Below, in pieces: positions 23,606 through 35,894 of a stretch of DNA of 48,982 nucleotides. This DNA is from Piedraia hortae CBS 480.64 (taxonomy: Eukaryota). Both the position numbers and the translations under genes were made by a program. How positions within the stretch are numbered: position 1 is the first letter of the stretch; every line of letters starts with the position of its first letter. The stretch spans positions 267,549 through 316,530 of the forward strand of contig MU005970.1 in assembly GCA_010093745.1 (NCBI GenBank), written 5' to 3'. The notes below the pieces were generated by a model, which made no database searches, was not told the origin of the DNA, and saw only the letters and a program-made list of their open reading frames with translations.

Positions 23606-24334
23606 ATGTCCGCCCCTCAGCCCGATGAGCTTGAGCCCGAGCAGACCGAGGGATTCAAAGTAGGCGAAAAGAAGTGGGTGTGATCCGTTCCTTGCACCAC
23701 GTTAACGCTGACTGTTTAGAACAATTGACGAGTATCAGCAGCTTGGTTGGTCAGTTCCCAGACAAAGTATTTGGCGCTGATAATTAGACCAAAATGATGA
23801 ATCTCTGCGAAAATGGAAGGCCTCACTGGGTATTGGCTCCGGCACCAGCATCTCCGACCCGAATGATCCACGGAAAGTCATCATCTACTCCCTCGGGCTA
23901 GAGGTTGACGGCCGCCCTGATATCATCATTGACCTCACCAAGCCTGGTGCGTTGGATACACTGAACAAGCAGCCGTTCACCATCAAAGAGGGCGCAACCT
24001 TTCGCATGAAGGCCCGTTTCAAAGTTCAGCATCAGATCCTGAGCGGCCTAAAATACGTCCAAGTTGTTAGTCGCATGGGTGTGAAGAACAAGATGCAGGA
24101 AATGATTGGGTCATATTCGCCAAACACGACAGACAAGCCCGAATACGAGAAGAAGTGTGAGTAAATATGCAAGTGGACACGGAAAAGGTGCTAACAGCAT
24201 CAGTCGAGCCCGAAACAGCCCCTTCAGGAATGATGGGAAGAGGACACTACGAAGCTGTTTCCAAATTCATTGATGATGACAACCAGACCCATCTCCAATT
24301 CAAGTGGTCGTTTGATATCAAAAAGGATTGGTAA
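23606..24334 (+). CDS. RDI1: Rho GDP-dissociation inhibitor, 4 exons
   Basis: GFKVGEKKTIDEYQQLDQNDESLRKWKASLG, FTIKEG, LSGLKY and APSGMMGRGHY. Introns 23674-23719, 23746-23787 and 24157-24203. Confidence 0.95.
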
Positions 24335-25286
24335 TCAAGTTGGTTGGTCTACCTCCTTAGTTCTACGTAAGTTCAATAAGTTCACGTCTATCCAGTAGCA
24401 GTGCATTGGATTACTCGTATATCCCTTGTATTGTGAGTGGTCTGGACTGCCTGTTACTGTCCTCTACAGCCTATGCCGCATCAACTTTTTTGTTCTCTGT
24501 AAGCTGCCATATGGGATGTTATACTTGGAAACGAACCTAGCCTTCGACGCATTTTCCAGTATTCACACGATGGAGACAGGAAAAATTCCATGAAAGCTTC
24601 AAGACGATTACCAATGCATCTGCAGCATCAGGCGGAGCGTCCGGTGACTCGACGCGGAAAGCCTAGCTTTCATTGGCTGCAAGATATACATCAGACGTAG
24701 TTTACAAGATGTCACGGCCCAATAGCTCGCTCCAGCATGACTCGAGACGCCAAGTCTCAAACGTTTATCGTTTTGAAAGAGGCGCCAAACATACGTTGAG
24801 CCAAAAGAAAAAAAAAGAAATTGATTGGATGGTGCGCTGGGGTTAGAATGACATCTCAGAGGTGATTTTTTTTTTAGACGGGCCCGAAGAGTTCTTCAAT
24901 GGTATTAGCTTCTCCATGTTATTTTTGCGAAACGAAGATGAAGCAGTCAGAGGTGTCAAATGCGGCCAATGCCAAGACATGTGGACATGTCCGCGTGGCC
25001 TCTGCCCGTCTTTTCCGGTTTCTGAGATCAGCTGTTTCTTGATCATACATATCTTTTGTCCGCCGTACAGTACTTTGTAATATCCGTGAACCAACGGCCC
25101 ATATTAAGATCATTCAATTAGCAGTGTCTCGGTGTCTTATATTTCTGGTGTTCCTTGATATGTATTCACTACATCTCGCCCCTGCCATGTTTTCATTTGT
25201 TCAGCTGCGTTATCAGCTCAAAAACAATATTATAACAGGACAGTCAACGGCCAATCGACGCGTACCCCCCTCTCCCCAGTATCAAT

Positions 25287-26547
25287 TCAAACCTCGTCTT
25301 TCTTGCCAGCAATGTGTATATCACTATTGTCGTCAGTCTGAAATCTTGAAAGACTTTCAAGACTCACTCGAATTGTCGTAACAGGGTGCCTTCGCCCCCT
25401 TTGGCCAGGTCGATCGCAAAGACAAAAAAATCGCCCTCGTTAGTCGCTACCATTACGTGCGGTGTGCTTGCACACATGGCCACAACAGAACGCACAGCCG
25501 TCCCCGATTTGCCTCGTGGAACCCTCATCCAGGCAAAATCACGTTGAGGTTCTAGTGCACCCGCTACAGAGCTTGGCAAATAACCGGCAGCACGGCTGAC
25601 AAGTCCCGTTGATACGTTTTGCGATGTTCTCTTTACAAAGGACATAAATCCTGGCTGTGATTCGGAAAGCGCACTTTCAGCATCTGAAGCAGGACTAGTG
25701 CTACGTTCTGGAAGCGAGCTTAGTTTGAAAACGTGCACTGTTTCCGTTGCAGATGAGACGCAGAGCAGGGTTGATGCGACGTTGAAGCTCATGCTAAATA
25801 TTCGCGCGGGCATGCTTCCACGGCGAAACTGACACACCTTCTGGCCTTTGGGGATGGAGAATATGCGAATGACCGTTCCTTTTTCGGAGGCTGTAGCCAA
25901 AAGGGTACCCTCACCATTCATTGCGAGACAGGATAATGGGGCCTGATGTGCTGAGACTACAGCCACTTCCTGTAGCGTATCCAAGTCGAAGACCGCCACC
26001 TCTCCACCTATTGCCTCTCGACGAATAGATGGGGGCACATGACTAGGATTGAAAGCCTTTGGTTGATCTGCATAGTGAGGTAGGGCAAGAAAATTGTGTT
26101 TCGACTGCGTTGACAAGGCACAAATGCCTGCCGAATTTAAGGGGGTCTCCTGTTGATGCTGTAGAGACATGTTGCTGATGTCATACACGAAAAACACTTC
26201 CTCCAACACGGTGACCAGTTTCATTCGATTCATCCGAACGGCTACAATCATTCCGTGAAAAGTGAGCTCGCATATGGTCGTATGTCTCTGCGCGCGTTAG
26301 TGCAAAAACAGAATGGAAAGGAAGGTCGAATCGGAACTTTAGTATTGACTATACGTAGCAGTCGCGGGGTGACGACTGTTGCAACCAACGATGTAGAGAA
26401 GAGCTGTTCCGCCAAGGAAACTTCATGATCGTATGTGGCTGTTGTCAACTCAAACGGGTCCGTGTTAAAGATACGCAAACCGTTAGTTGTGGCAAGAGCC
26501 AGGGATGTGTTGTCTTGATTAAAGGCCAAGTAGTTGAGTCGGGCCAT
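25287..26547 (-). CDS. ATG18: Autophagy PROPPIN WD40 protein Atg18, 3 exons
   Basis: FNQD, LFSTSLVA, LATASEKGTVIRIF and the FRRG phosphoinositide-binding motif. Introns 26288-26337 and 25324-25367. Confidence 0.92.
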
Positions 26548-26821
26548 ATACAACGGGTCTTGTTGATGTTTGAGTTTGTGACCTGAACAAGTAGTTTGAC
26601 AGATTCCTTTGATTCTCAGACGGGGGGCAGGTGCCTGGTGAGCAGCTAAGTTCGCAAACGGTGTTGCATATCTGCAAGATCTTATCGCGGGGCCGATGCG
26701 GGCCGAGCCGGTGACAGCTCGAACTTCCAATTTTAGGTTTCGGGAGAGGGGATATGTGTGGGCCGCACTGACTTCACTCGTGAAGAGCTGGTAATGTGTA
26801 AGACCTAAGGTTACCAGGACA

Positions 26822-29800
26822 ATGTTGGGCGTCGAAGAGGACGATGGAATGCCTCAGGATGCGGGTGAGAGCAAAGAATTCACTCCATCCGGTGACCATC
26901 AAATCAAAGGTCATGTTGAAGAGCCCAAAAGCCTGAGAACACAAGATGACTCTCAGAGCCTCAAAGATGGCAGAAAACCAAACAAAAGCCGCGATCACCT
27001 TATCATGGGCACGAATTCCAGCAGCATCGTGTCCAAGCGCTCAGTTGAAAAATTCTACTATGCTGGAGAGCCCGAATATCTTCGTTACTTTGTATCCACA
27101 TTTAAACGCCGTTCACCTTTAATAAATCGTGGCTACTGGCTGCGTATGATGGCCATAGAGCAAACCATAGGCCGCTTCCTTGCCGAGCCCTCGCCAAAAC
27201 AAAAGGTTCTCGTTAACTTGGGGTGCGGTTACGACACATTACCTTGGCTGTGCCTCGGTCGACGGCCTGAGTTATGCGGTCAAGCGACTTTTGTTGATGT
27301 AGATTATCCAGCTCTGATGCAGAAGAAGCTTGCCATTATCGAGAAGACGGAGCCATTACGCTGTTTATTGCCAAACTTCTCCCGCACAGCAAACCCAAAT
27401 GGTCTTTTGGCACACAGCGACCCATATGTTGCGATTGGCTGTGATCTCTATGATCTTGATCTCTTGGATTCGATCTTGCATGAACATTTGCACATTCGTG
27501 AGGGTAATGCTACCGTCATGTTTGTGGCCGAGGTTTCCCTAGCGTACATGGAGAAAGAAGCTTCGCAACAGATTATTGAGTGGGCAGCTAATCTTCCAGA
27601 CTCCCGATTCTGCTTGCTGGAGCAGCATCTACCAGACGGGGCTGACCACCCCTTTGCTCGTACCATGCTAGCACACTTCGAGAAGCTTGGCACGCCACTC
27701 AAAGCCATCGGTACAATGGAAGAGATGCGGCGTCGATTCATTGATGCTGGATGGCCCGAACGTGGTGTTCAAATACAGTCACTATGGAAGCTGTGGTCCG
27801 ACCCTGCCTATCTGACTCCGGAACAGAGACGCTCTCTGGATGACGTCGAGCCATTTGATGAGTGGGAAGAGTTTGCTCTTTTTGGATCACATTATTTCCA
27901 TTTAGTGGCCGAATTAACACCACCACCTCGCCCTCCAAAAGACCTTAAGGAGCAAACCTCTCATCTCTCTCTAGCATCACACCCGTCATCGTCAACGCCA
28001 TCTAAGCCGGCGGAGCAGCCCCTGCAGGCTCCTATGCTTCCGGGTAAAGCCGTATTCCGTCGTTATGCTGCAGTCGTACCGGCAACTTCTGAAATATCCG
28101 AGGGTGAAGCGGTTGGCCTCTTGGGCGGCCTTGGCACCCAAGAACGGTTGACCGACTGTGATACTTATGCTCGCACAGAAGATTTACTACCGATTCAGGG
28201 CCCACCAATGCGTACAGGCCTTGTTTGTCACACTATTACTCGCCTTGGAGGTACTTCCAACTGCATCATGGCCGGTGGCCGCACATCTCCCGACAAAGCT
28301 TCTGCAGAATGCTGGCTTAGGCAGGACGGGCTATGGCGGAAAGTGCAAAGTTTGCCAGAAGGGCGCTACAGACACTGCGCAGCACCCTTGCGTTTGCCTA
28401 CAGACCCAAGACCTGCGCATACGGTCCTCCTTTTCGGCGGGAAAACCAGCAATGGCCATGTACTGGATGAATGGTTACTATGGCTAGGAGAGGAGGGCTG
28501 GCGACATATCCCAGTGGTGGGTGACGCCCCTCCGGCTCGCTTTGGGGCAGCAATGATCACAAATGCACGGGAGGGAGTTTCGGGGGTGCTGATAGGCGGC
28601 ATGACGAGCTCTGGTCGTGTTCTCAACGATTTCTGGCATTGGAGCCTCGAACCCGACTTGACCTTGTACTGCCGCAATGTTACAGCGCGGGCGTTGGCGG
28701 TGCTAAGGAATAATGCAGGAATCTTGGGCCGCTTTGGCGCACAGCTTGTGCGGACAAATCGCGGTATCCTGATGATAGGCGGCATTTGCGACGGGCGCAT
28801 GCTGACGAGCCAGGATGAGGTTCTCAACATGAAGACGTTGCGGATACACCCCATGATTGGCCCACGACCACTGTTCATCGGTACAGCAATAACAGATGTC
28901 GACGGTGGGCTGATTGTTCTTGGAGGTGGCGCAACATGCTTCTCATTTGGCAGCCACTGGAACAAACCCGCCATACTCACTGATGATCCCGAAGCATCAT
29001 TGCGATGCGGGTGGCAATTACTGACAACACAAGCACCGGCAACTGCTGCAGAGTCGCCCATCCATCACCCAGTCGTCAACGGCTCTGGCCCACGACTTCC
29101 AGAGCCGTCCCAGCTACCTCGACGTAGCCTCGAGGCCGGGATCGACTTTGAACGCATTTGCGAGGACGCCAAACCCGTAGTATTTTGCGACGGCGATATT
29201 GGACGATGCACGCGGCTATGGGACGTGGCATATCTAAAGCGAATGATCGGAGCAGACCGCAAGGTAGTTGTCCATTCCTCGTCCGGAGAGCGAATGGATT
29301 TCGCCAAGAAAAACTTTGAGTATAGAACTATGGAGTTTGGGGCATTCTTAGACCGATGCGAAAGGGGCGAGCGACTGTATCTACGATCCATTTCGCAAGA
29401 GCTGCCCAGTGAGCAACCCACTAATCTGGCAGACGATTATCCCGAGATAGCTGCGGACTTTGAGTTGCCTGGAGAACTCATCTCTGTGGTAGAGAGCCTA
29501 CATAGCTCACCGCTACGAATATCCGGTCCGGTACGCATGTGGTTGCATTACGATGTGATGGCCAACGTGCTTTGTCAAGTGAGGGGCAGGAAGCGGGTGC
29601 GACTTTATCCACCTGCAGATGTCAACCTCCTGGGGTTTGCCCCCGGCGCCTCGAGCTCGTTGATAGATGTGTTTGAGGTTGGAGAAGGAGGCCGGTTGCG
29701 GGCGGCCTTGGCAAATACACACCCTTTCGAAGTAGACCTTCATCCCGGGGAAATCTTATTCATCCCTCCAATGTGGATGCACACGGTTGCACCCACGGAT

Positions 29801-30061
29801 GGTATTAGCGTTGCCGTGAACATTTTTTTCCGCAATCTGGGTCCAGAGTTTTACGCGGCAGGCAAGGATGTGTATGGAAATCGTGACCTTGCCGCCTACG
29901 AACGGGGAAGAAGAGACGTGGCGAAGATGACAAAGTGGTTTGAGGCACTACCACCTGACATTGCCCGTTTCTATTTGGAGCGACTGGGACAAGAGCTGAT
30001 TGCAAAGGGAAGGACCTTGGCATCAAGCTCGCTGCATTCACTTTACGCAGAGCTATCATAA
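26822..30061 (+). CDS. PPM2: tRNA wybutosine-synthesizing protein 4 (LCM methyltransferase + Kelch) with C-terminal JmjC (Tyw5-like) domain
   Basis: TNSSSIVSKRSVE, RRSPLINRGY, NLGCGYD and EPFDEWEEF; Kelch GG repeats; JmjC WLHYD...WMH. Intronless, 1079 aa. Confidence 0.93.
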   Translation: MLGVEEDDGMPQDAGESKEFTPSGDHQIKGHVEEPKSLRTQDDSQSLKDGRKPNKSRDHLIMGTNSSSIVSKRSVEKFYYAGEPEYLRYFVSTFKRRSPLINRGYWLRMMAIEQTIGRFLAEPSPKQKVLVNLGCGYDTLPWLCLGRRPELCGQATFVDVDYPALMQKKLAIIEKTEPLRCLLPNFSRTANPNGLLAHSDPYVAIGCDLYDLDLLDSILHEHLHIREGNATVMFVAEVSLAYMEKEASQQIIEWAANLPDSRFCLLEQHLPDGADHPFARTMLAHFEKLGTPLKAIGTMEEMRRRFIDAGWPERGVQIQSLWKLWSDPAYLTPEQRRSLDDVEPFDEWEEFALFGSHYFHLVAELTPPPRPPKDLKEQTSHLSLASHPSSSTPSKPAEQPLQAPMLPGKAVFRRYAAVVPATSEISEGEAVGLLGGLGTQERLTDCDTYARTEDLLPIQGPPMRTGLVCHTITRLGGTSNCIMAGGRTSPDKASAECWLRQDGLWRKVQSLPEGRYRHCAAPLRLPTDPRPAHTVLLFGGKTSNGHVLDEWLLWLGEEGWRHIPVVGDAPPARFGAAMITNAREGVSGVLIGGMTSSGRVLNDFWHWSLEPDLTLYCRNVTARALAVLRNNAGILGRFGAQLVRTNRGILMIGGICDGRMLTSQDEVLNMKTLRIHPMIGPRPLFIGTAITDVDGGLIVLGGGATCFSFGSHWNKPAILTDDPEASLRCGWQLLTTQAPATAAESPIHHPVVNGSGPRLPEPSQLPRRSLEAGIDFERICEDAKPVVFCDGDIGRCTRLWDVAYLKRMIGADRKVVVHSSSGERMDFAKKNFEYRTMEFGAFLDRCERGERLYLRSISQELPSEQPTNLADDYPEIAADFELPGELISVVESLHSSPLRISGPVRMWLHYDVMANVLCQVRGRKRVRLYPPADVNLLGFAPGASSSLIDVFEVGEGGRLRAALANTHPFEVDLHPGEILFIPPMWMHTVAPTDGISVAVNIFFRNLGPEFYAAGKDVYGNRDLAAYERGRRDVAKMTKWFEALPPDIARFYLERLGQELIAKGRTLASSSLHSLYAELS

Positions 30062-31259
30062 CACGGGCAGAAACCATGGCGAAACGATTTTACATGTGGT
30101 GATATGAATGCGCAAATGGAAACGACCTCACGTGAACAGGATCGGACATGTTTGAGTGACGATGTGCCTTTTGACTGTATCCGGTTGTGTAGCTCTTCAA
30201 CATCCACTCCAATCCTATATGAATTTCTGATGGAACTTAACAGCACGATGGTAAAATGGTTAGTTACTGGCCGGCCTACAACGAATACAGGTAGAGGATA
30301 GGCAGTAAACGGTTTTCGAAATTTTCGGCTTGAAACCTCTGCTGTGACTTTGGGGTTTCCAGCAGACCAACACAAGGCAATGATTCTCTGTTTTTCCGTA
30401 AAATTCACCCAATCACTGTCCGCTGATCAGGCCACAGCTGTATGGAGATGAATGTACTTTGTGTTACGGAACCATATCGCAGCCACGAGATCTGACACCT
30501 CACCTCCAGCCCATAGGGTAGTCAGCTCTTCCGTAAGGCACAATGCAGTTGTAAGGATAGCATAGTTCGCGCGGTGACAGTCTGACACTCGCGGGATGCT
30601 CTCAAATCTGTGACTTAGGATCATGTTGCGGAATCATTTATGGTGGGACTTGTAGCTACATCTATGGCCTTCAAACCGAGCACCGTTCTTGAAGCATATT
30701 ATGACAAGTGGGAAAAAAAAACTTCCAACAAGTTGCAGAAATGCAAATTGAAGTAAATAAACGTTAGTTTGGTACCTATCGATTCTTAGCCATTTGAATA
30801 ATCCAGAGAGAGACATGGTAGGCCTTTCGCATGCTGTGGGAGCCCGTGCAAGCCTGAGGAGGAAAGCTGTGGGCCCGGTTGCCTAGAACTTAACTTTACT
30901 GTATCCAACCCTAAGCCAACAACTTGCTACGACTTATTTGGGGGTTTGCAACTCGCTGAACATTGGGGAGAAGGTTTGGCCGCGTAGCATAGTATGAAAG
31001 CTCCGTTAGTTGAGCCACCACTCATATCCCTTCCAGGTTGAAATTGGCGGTTTTTCAACTATCCAAACCTTGTGAACAGCTTGATTGAAGAACCTCACCC
31101 TGCCATCACATGCAGAAATGATTCTAGCTGGGCGTTGCTGCCCCACGAGTTCAAGGTTAAGCGACCCGCAGAATTCCCCGGACCCACCGTCCGAACCCCT
31201 CCTTAGCGTTATTGCAGGTGTCGCATGCGCCAGTGTATCGTTCGACCATGTTTGGATGA

Positions 31260-33149
31260 ATGGCAGCCATGACTTCCCTTACACAATGCCCTTCGGCCTG
31301 GCCTAAAATATGCAGCGATCCCCCAGTGTACTCCATCTCGGCGGATGCTCTCAGTCAAGCTATAGAGCACCTTGCCGCTCAGCCGCTGCCACCTTCCCAA
31401 CAAGTTTTTCCGTGGCTCCACGGTTTACATAGGAATAATAGGTTGCAAATGGCGTTTTTTGCCGCCAATGAGGTGAATCCTCCAACATGTCTTCGTGGAT
31501 TGACCCTGGTCAAGACCGGGGGCGATCTTTCACACAGCAAGCTCAAAGGAGCTGTTGATCCTTTGAGCATACTTGTCCCCGGGGCCGAGTGTTTCCGCGA
31601 TGCGGACCCGCGCTGCGGATTCGGTCTGCGCAATTTTCATATTCAGCTGTGCAAAATGGCAGCTATCAGCGACATCATCGTCTATCATGACGAATTGACG
31701 CCACGAGCTAATGCGGAACGTCTGGCTCATCGTATAGCGCGAGCCCAAGCAGCGCAAAAGAATTCAGGCTTCAATACGTTTCTCGTGTCAGACAGCTGGA
31801 CTACGATTGAAGAACGATATCCCAGACTCATTGCGCTGAACTCTAGGGGAGAAATGCCGTCGGGCGTCATCAATTTTGCCATGCAGGAGCGTATCGAACT
31901 GTGCAGAATGTCAGCGCCATCGCAAATCTCCTACAACGTTTGGCTGGGCCCGACCCCAGACCGCTCAATTCCCATCATCTCGGATGTTGATTTTGATGTG
32001 ATGATTGAAACAAACGAGATGGCCTGCATTCCCGACTCTAGAGGGCTGGAGAAACTGCATGAAATGCTGCAAGAGATGGTGAAGCAAAAAGAGATAGGGG
32101 ACCTTGCGACAGGAGTCGTGCCTCAGATAGAGTTCCCTTCATCTGGCAGCCCAAAATTTTCCGAAGTTGGCGCAGTAAACGGATTATTGGACATGTGCCG
32201 ATGGGTTTATGAGAAAGCGAATGGATTATCTGACACGCCCATGGGTCGGCGCGATAGTAAATTGATGGGCGATGGCCGACGCATTCTAATCCATTGCGTG
32301 GACGGATACACGGATTCGTCGCTACTGGCACTGGCTTATTTGATGTTTTCAGAATGTATCTCGGCCGCAGAGGCTTGGATACGCTTGCACAGGGATTTGA
32401 AGCGGAATTTTTTCGCATATCCAGGCGATGCGGTATTCCTGCACGCCATTCAGGATCAAATCGTACGGGCATCACCAAGCTGGAGAGACTGTGAAGCACA
32501 GCTCCACTGTCCAAATGAACCATGGTTCGAACAATCAGATGGCAGTCTGCCGAGCCGAATCATGGATCATTTGTATCTTGGTAACCTTGTCCATGCCAAT
32601 AATGCGGACATGTTACGACGGCTCGGTATCACCCGTGTGTTGAGCGTAGGAGAGCCTGCAGACTGGAGTGATGAAGAGCGCTCGCGGTGGCCTGCGGATG
32701 AGCTTCTTTACATTGACAAGGTGCAAGACAATGGTATTGACGCACTAATGGAAGAATTTCCGCGCTGTCTAGAATTCATTGGTAAGCCTGAAAGGCCAAG
32801 GACTGACCCGAGATTGACTTCTTTTAGACAGTGGGCGCAAAAAAGGCGCAAAAACGTTGGTGCATTGCCGCGTGGGCGTCTCGCGATCCGCCACAATATG
32901 CATTGCAGCCGTAATGAGAGAATTGAACCTCTCATTTCCGCGAGCATATTGCTATGTTCGTGCCCGAAGGCTGAATATCATCATCCAGCCCCATTTGAGA
33001 TTTGTGTACGTGCCTAGGCTAGCTTTGGCTCCGTGGCTTGCTAATGAATCAGATATGAACTGCTCCAATGGGAAAAGACGCCTCGTGAGCTGGACTGGGC
33101 CACAATTTCCCACGAGATTGCCATGTTGAACATGCCTTATGTGAAATGA
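31260..33149 (+). CDS. PPS1: Dual-specificity protein phosphatase Pps1-like, 3 exons
   Basis: FPWLHGLH, LIHCVDGYTDSS, GSLPSRI and catalytic VHCRVGVSRSAT. Introns 32782-32827 and 33006-33052. Confidence 0.9.
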
Positions 33150-33413
33150 TGTTTTGCTATGTTGAGCGAATCTAGCCCTTGGAAAATTTGCCATGAGCTG
33201 GGCACCAGGAACCAATCATTCCACCGGTTCAGAATAGCATCGAGGTTCCCGAGGCGGCCCGCGCCATGCCGTTCGGGTCAACTTCGGGTCGCCACCTCCG
33301 CAGGTCCGGGTTCCACGTAATGCGCGGCTGGATCCACCAAGGTACCCCACTGCGACCCAGGACGACGGATTTCCACCAAATTAACCAGCTCGCTATGAGG
33401 CGATCATTGACGC

Positions 33414-35081
33414 ATGGCAAAGATAACTCCCAAGCATCGGTACGGCATAGTCCTCGACGCGGGATCTTCGGGCACACGCATCTACGTGTACAAGTGGGAG
33501 ACAACAGGCGTAGAAGACCGTCTCCCGCACATCACGACGCACAAGAAATGGCGCATGAAGGTCCATCCAGGCATTTCGTCTGTTTCGTCCGGGAACGTAG
33601 CAACATACCTCCAGCCACTACTGGACCTTGCGCGTGATGTTGTCCCACCCGAGCAGGCCTCGCAAACACCAATCTTCTTGCTTGCAACTGCGGGAATGCG
33701 CCTTTTGGCCGAGGAACAAAGCAACGCCCTGTTGGAGGAGACATGCAGCTTTTTGAAGACTTCATCTTTCTGGCTTCCCGACTGTAATCGCCACGTCCGC
33801 ATCATTCCCGGCGAGACAGAAGGATTGTACGGTTGGATTGCGGCCAACTACCTACTTGGAGGTCTAGATGCGGGTAATCGAACCTTTGGTTTTCTCGACA
33901 TGGGCGGTGCCAGCGCGCAGATTGCCTTTGCGCCTAATGCGACAGAGTCGGCAAAACATTCCAACGATTTGACGCTATTGCGACTGAGGACCATGGCGGG
34001 CAAGATGCATGAATACCGCATTTTCATCACAACTTGGCTGGGGTTTGGGGCAAACGAGGCGAGAAGACGGTATGTAGATGGGTTGAAGGAAGCTACGCCC
34101 GAGGGAGTGGTTCTCGATCCCTGCTTGCCAGTTGGACTTTCGGTCGATGGGTTGGAAGGAACCGGACAATTCGCCGAGTGCCTGAACAAAACATATCCTC
34201 TACTGGAAAAAGATACTGTTTGCTTGGATGAGCCATGTTTGATTAATGGGCAGCATACGCCGGCGGTGGATTTTGGGATCAACCGCTTCGTTGGTGTCTC
34301 GGAATACTGGCACACCACGCACGATGTCTTTGCCAAGGACAAGGCATTTGATCTGGCGAGTTACCAAAAACAGGCTCATGACTTTTGCTCGCGGGACTGG
34401 AAAGATATTATGGTAGACGTAGGGGAACACAAATGGGGCAAAAAGGTTGACAACCAAACGGTGGCCAACATTTGCTTCAAGGCAAGCTGGGTGATGAACA
34501 TGCTGCACGAAGGTATCGGTATCCCGCGCATGGGGCTGGAGACATCTCCCACACACAAAAACACGACAAAGGCTGTGCTTGACCAGGCCGCTCACCGGGG
34601 CTTCATCGAACCGTTTCAAGCAATCGACGAGATTGACGGCACAGAAGTCAGTTGGACACTTGGCAAGATTGTGATTTACGCCTCGTCCTTTCTAGGCACT
34701 GGAGTGGGATTCGGACAAAATCCTGTCGACGGCGGTCCCGTTGATGATTTAGCCCAAGGCATGTCATTGTCTCTGTTTCAGGGAAGGGCGACTCGAAGAG
34801 TACCAGGATTGGCGATATTCATAGTTATGCTTGTTTTGGCGATTTGGCTTGCACTTCGCGGCCGAAGGAGGAAACCTGTATATGAGCGCGTATTGGAAGA
34901 GGCCGAGGTGGTGCCTGAGGTGGAACTGGAGCCTTTTGAATTATCCGGGACGGGGAGGGCTTCGGGATGGGCCACGCCTAACCCGACGTTGCACGGTCTA
35001 TCACCTTTGCCCTCTCCCAGATTGGATGGAGTCGGATTATCTGTGCGCGCACCAAGTAGAGTGGGAAGCCCACGGCTATAA
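33414..35081 (+). CDS. YND1: Golgi apyrase (GDA1/CD39 NTPDase family)
   Basis: DAGSSGTR, ATAGMR, EGLYGW, DMGGASAQ and SWTLG apyrase conserved regions; C-terminal TM helix. Confidence 0.92.
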   Translation: MAKITPKHRYGIVLDAGSSGTRIYVYKWETTGVEDRLPHITTHKKWRMKVHPGISSVSSGNVATYLQPLLDLARDVVPPEQASQTPIFLLATAGMRLLAEEQSNALLEETCSFLKTSSFWLPDCNRHVRIIPGETEGLYGWIAANYLLGGLDAGNRTFGFLDMGGASAQIAFAPNATESAKHSNDLTLLRLRTMAGKMHEYRIFITTWLGFGANEARRRYVDGLKEATPEGVVLDPCLPVGLSVDGLEGTGQFAECLNKTYPLLEKDTVCLDEPCLINGQHTPAVDFGINRFVGVSEYWHTTHDVFAKDKAFDLASYQKQAHDFCSRDWKDIMVDVGEHKWGKKVDNQTVANICFKASWVMNMLHEGIGIPRMGLETSPTHKNTTKAVLDQAAHRGFIEPFQAIDEIDGTEVSWTLGKIVIYASSFLGTGVGFGQNPVDGGPVDDLAQGMSLSLFQGRATRRVPGLAIFIVMLVLAIWLALRGRRRKPVYERVLEEAEVVPEVELEPFELSGTGRASGWATPNPTLHGLSPLPSPRLDGVGLSVRAPSRVGSPRL

Positions 35082-35087
35082 ATGTAC

Positions 35088-35894
35088 CTATTTCTCTATT
35101 GACTCGCCCAGCATGAACTTAAGCAGTACCTCAGCAATCCTTACACCGTCATGAGGCTGCCCAACCCGCCTCATTGCATCCTCATAGACTTGGTCATCTA
35201 GGATGCCATTCTCATGGCGCACCCTGATTACAGTCTCCACAAACTCTTGTTTAAATTCTGGGTGACCCTGGACAGTTACTACGCGGTTGGGTTTATACAT
35301 GCCTTGAAAGTCGCAGGTTGGCGACCTGCCCAGTGATTGCACTCCAGGAGGAAGGGAGTAGACAATGTCGCGATGCATTTGGTGAACTGCAAGTGTATTC
35401 GATCCAAAGATCTCCCTTCCCTTTTCAGAGAGGTCAAAAGGAAGTACGCTGACCTCCCATCCATGCCTACATGGCCCGGTTTCGCTACCAAGAGCACGTG
35501 CGACAATCTGATGGCCGAAACAGATCCCGACCAGCCTAGTTGTAGGATGTGCCAGAACCTTTTCAGCGGCATTAATCAGGTTCAAAATCCATGGATCCTT
35601 GTCATGGGCGTTGTGCCCTGAACCATGTCAGCGATACAAGTACGCCTTTAGCCTGCATTACATACGGCTCCCGGTTATGAGAACGGCATCAAAGTTGTCT
35701 GGATTAGGGTATTCCGTTCCGTTGACAACGTCATACCGTGAGAACTCTAGTTCTGGAGGAGGTGATAGTTTGCCCGCTGCTGCTTCAAAAAGCTCGGAAA
35801 ATAGCTTGGTGTAGTTTGGCCAACGGGCCTGAAGCAGCTGATGCGGCGTATCGGCCTCGAGAATTGCAACTTTGAGGGTTTTTGGAACAGACAT
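35088..35894 (-). CDS. Class I glutamine amidotransferase-like protein
   Basis: LITGS, GICFGHQ and QGHPEF (Cys-His-Glu triad). Intron 35618-35665 joins the two ORFs. Confidence 0.9.

Noticed and set aside
28366..29061. Long antisense or alternate-frame ORFs (e.g. 28366..29061, 37167..37829, 16382..17014, 3190..3741)
   Set aside because: Shadows of well-supported genes in GC-rich coding DNA, with no motifs of their own.
30906..30914. caaccctaa as a telomerase template or telomeric repeat
   Set aside because: A single short match expected by chance, with no supporting structure noticed.
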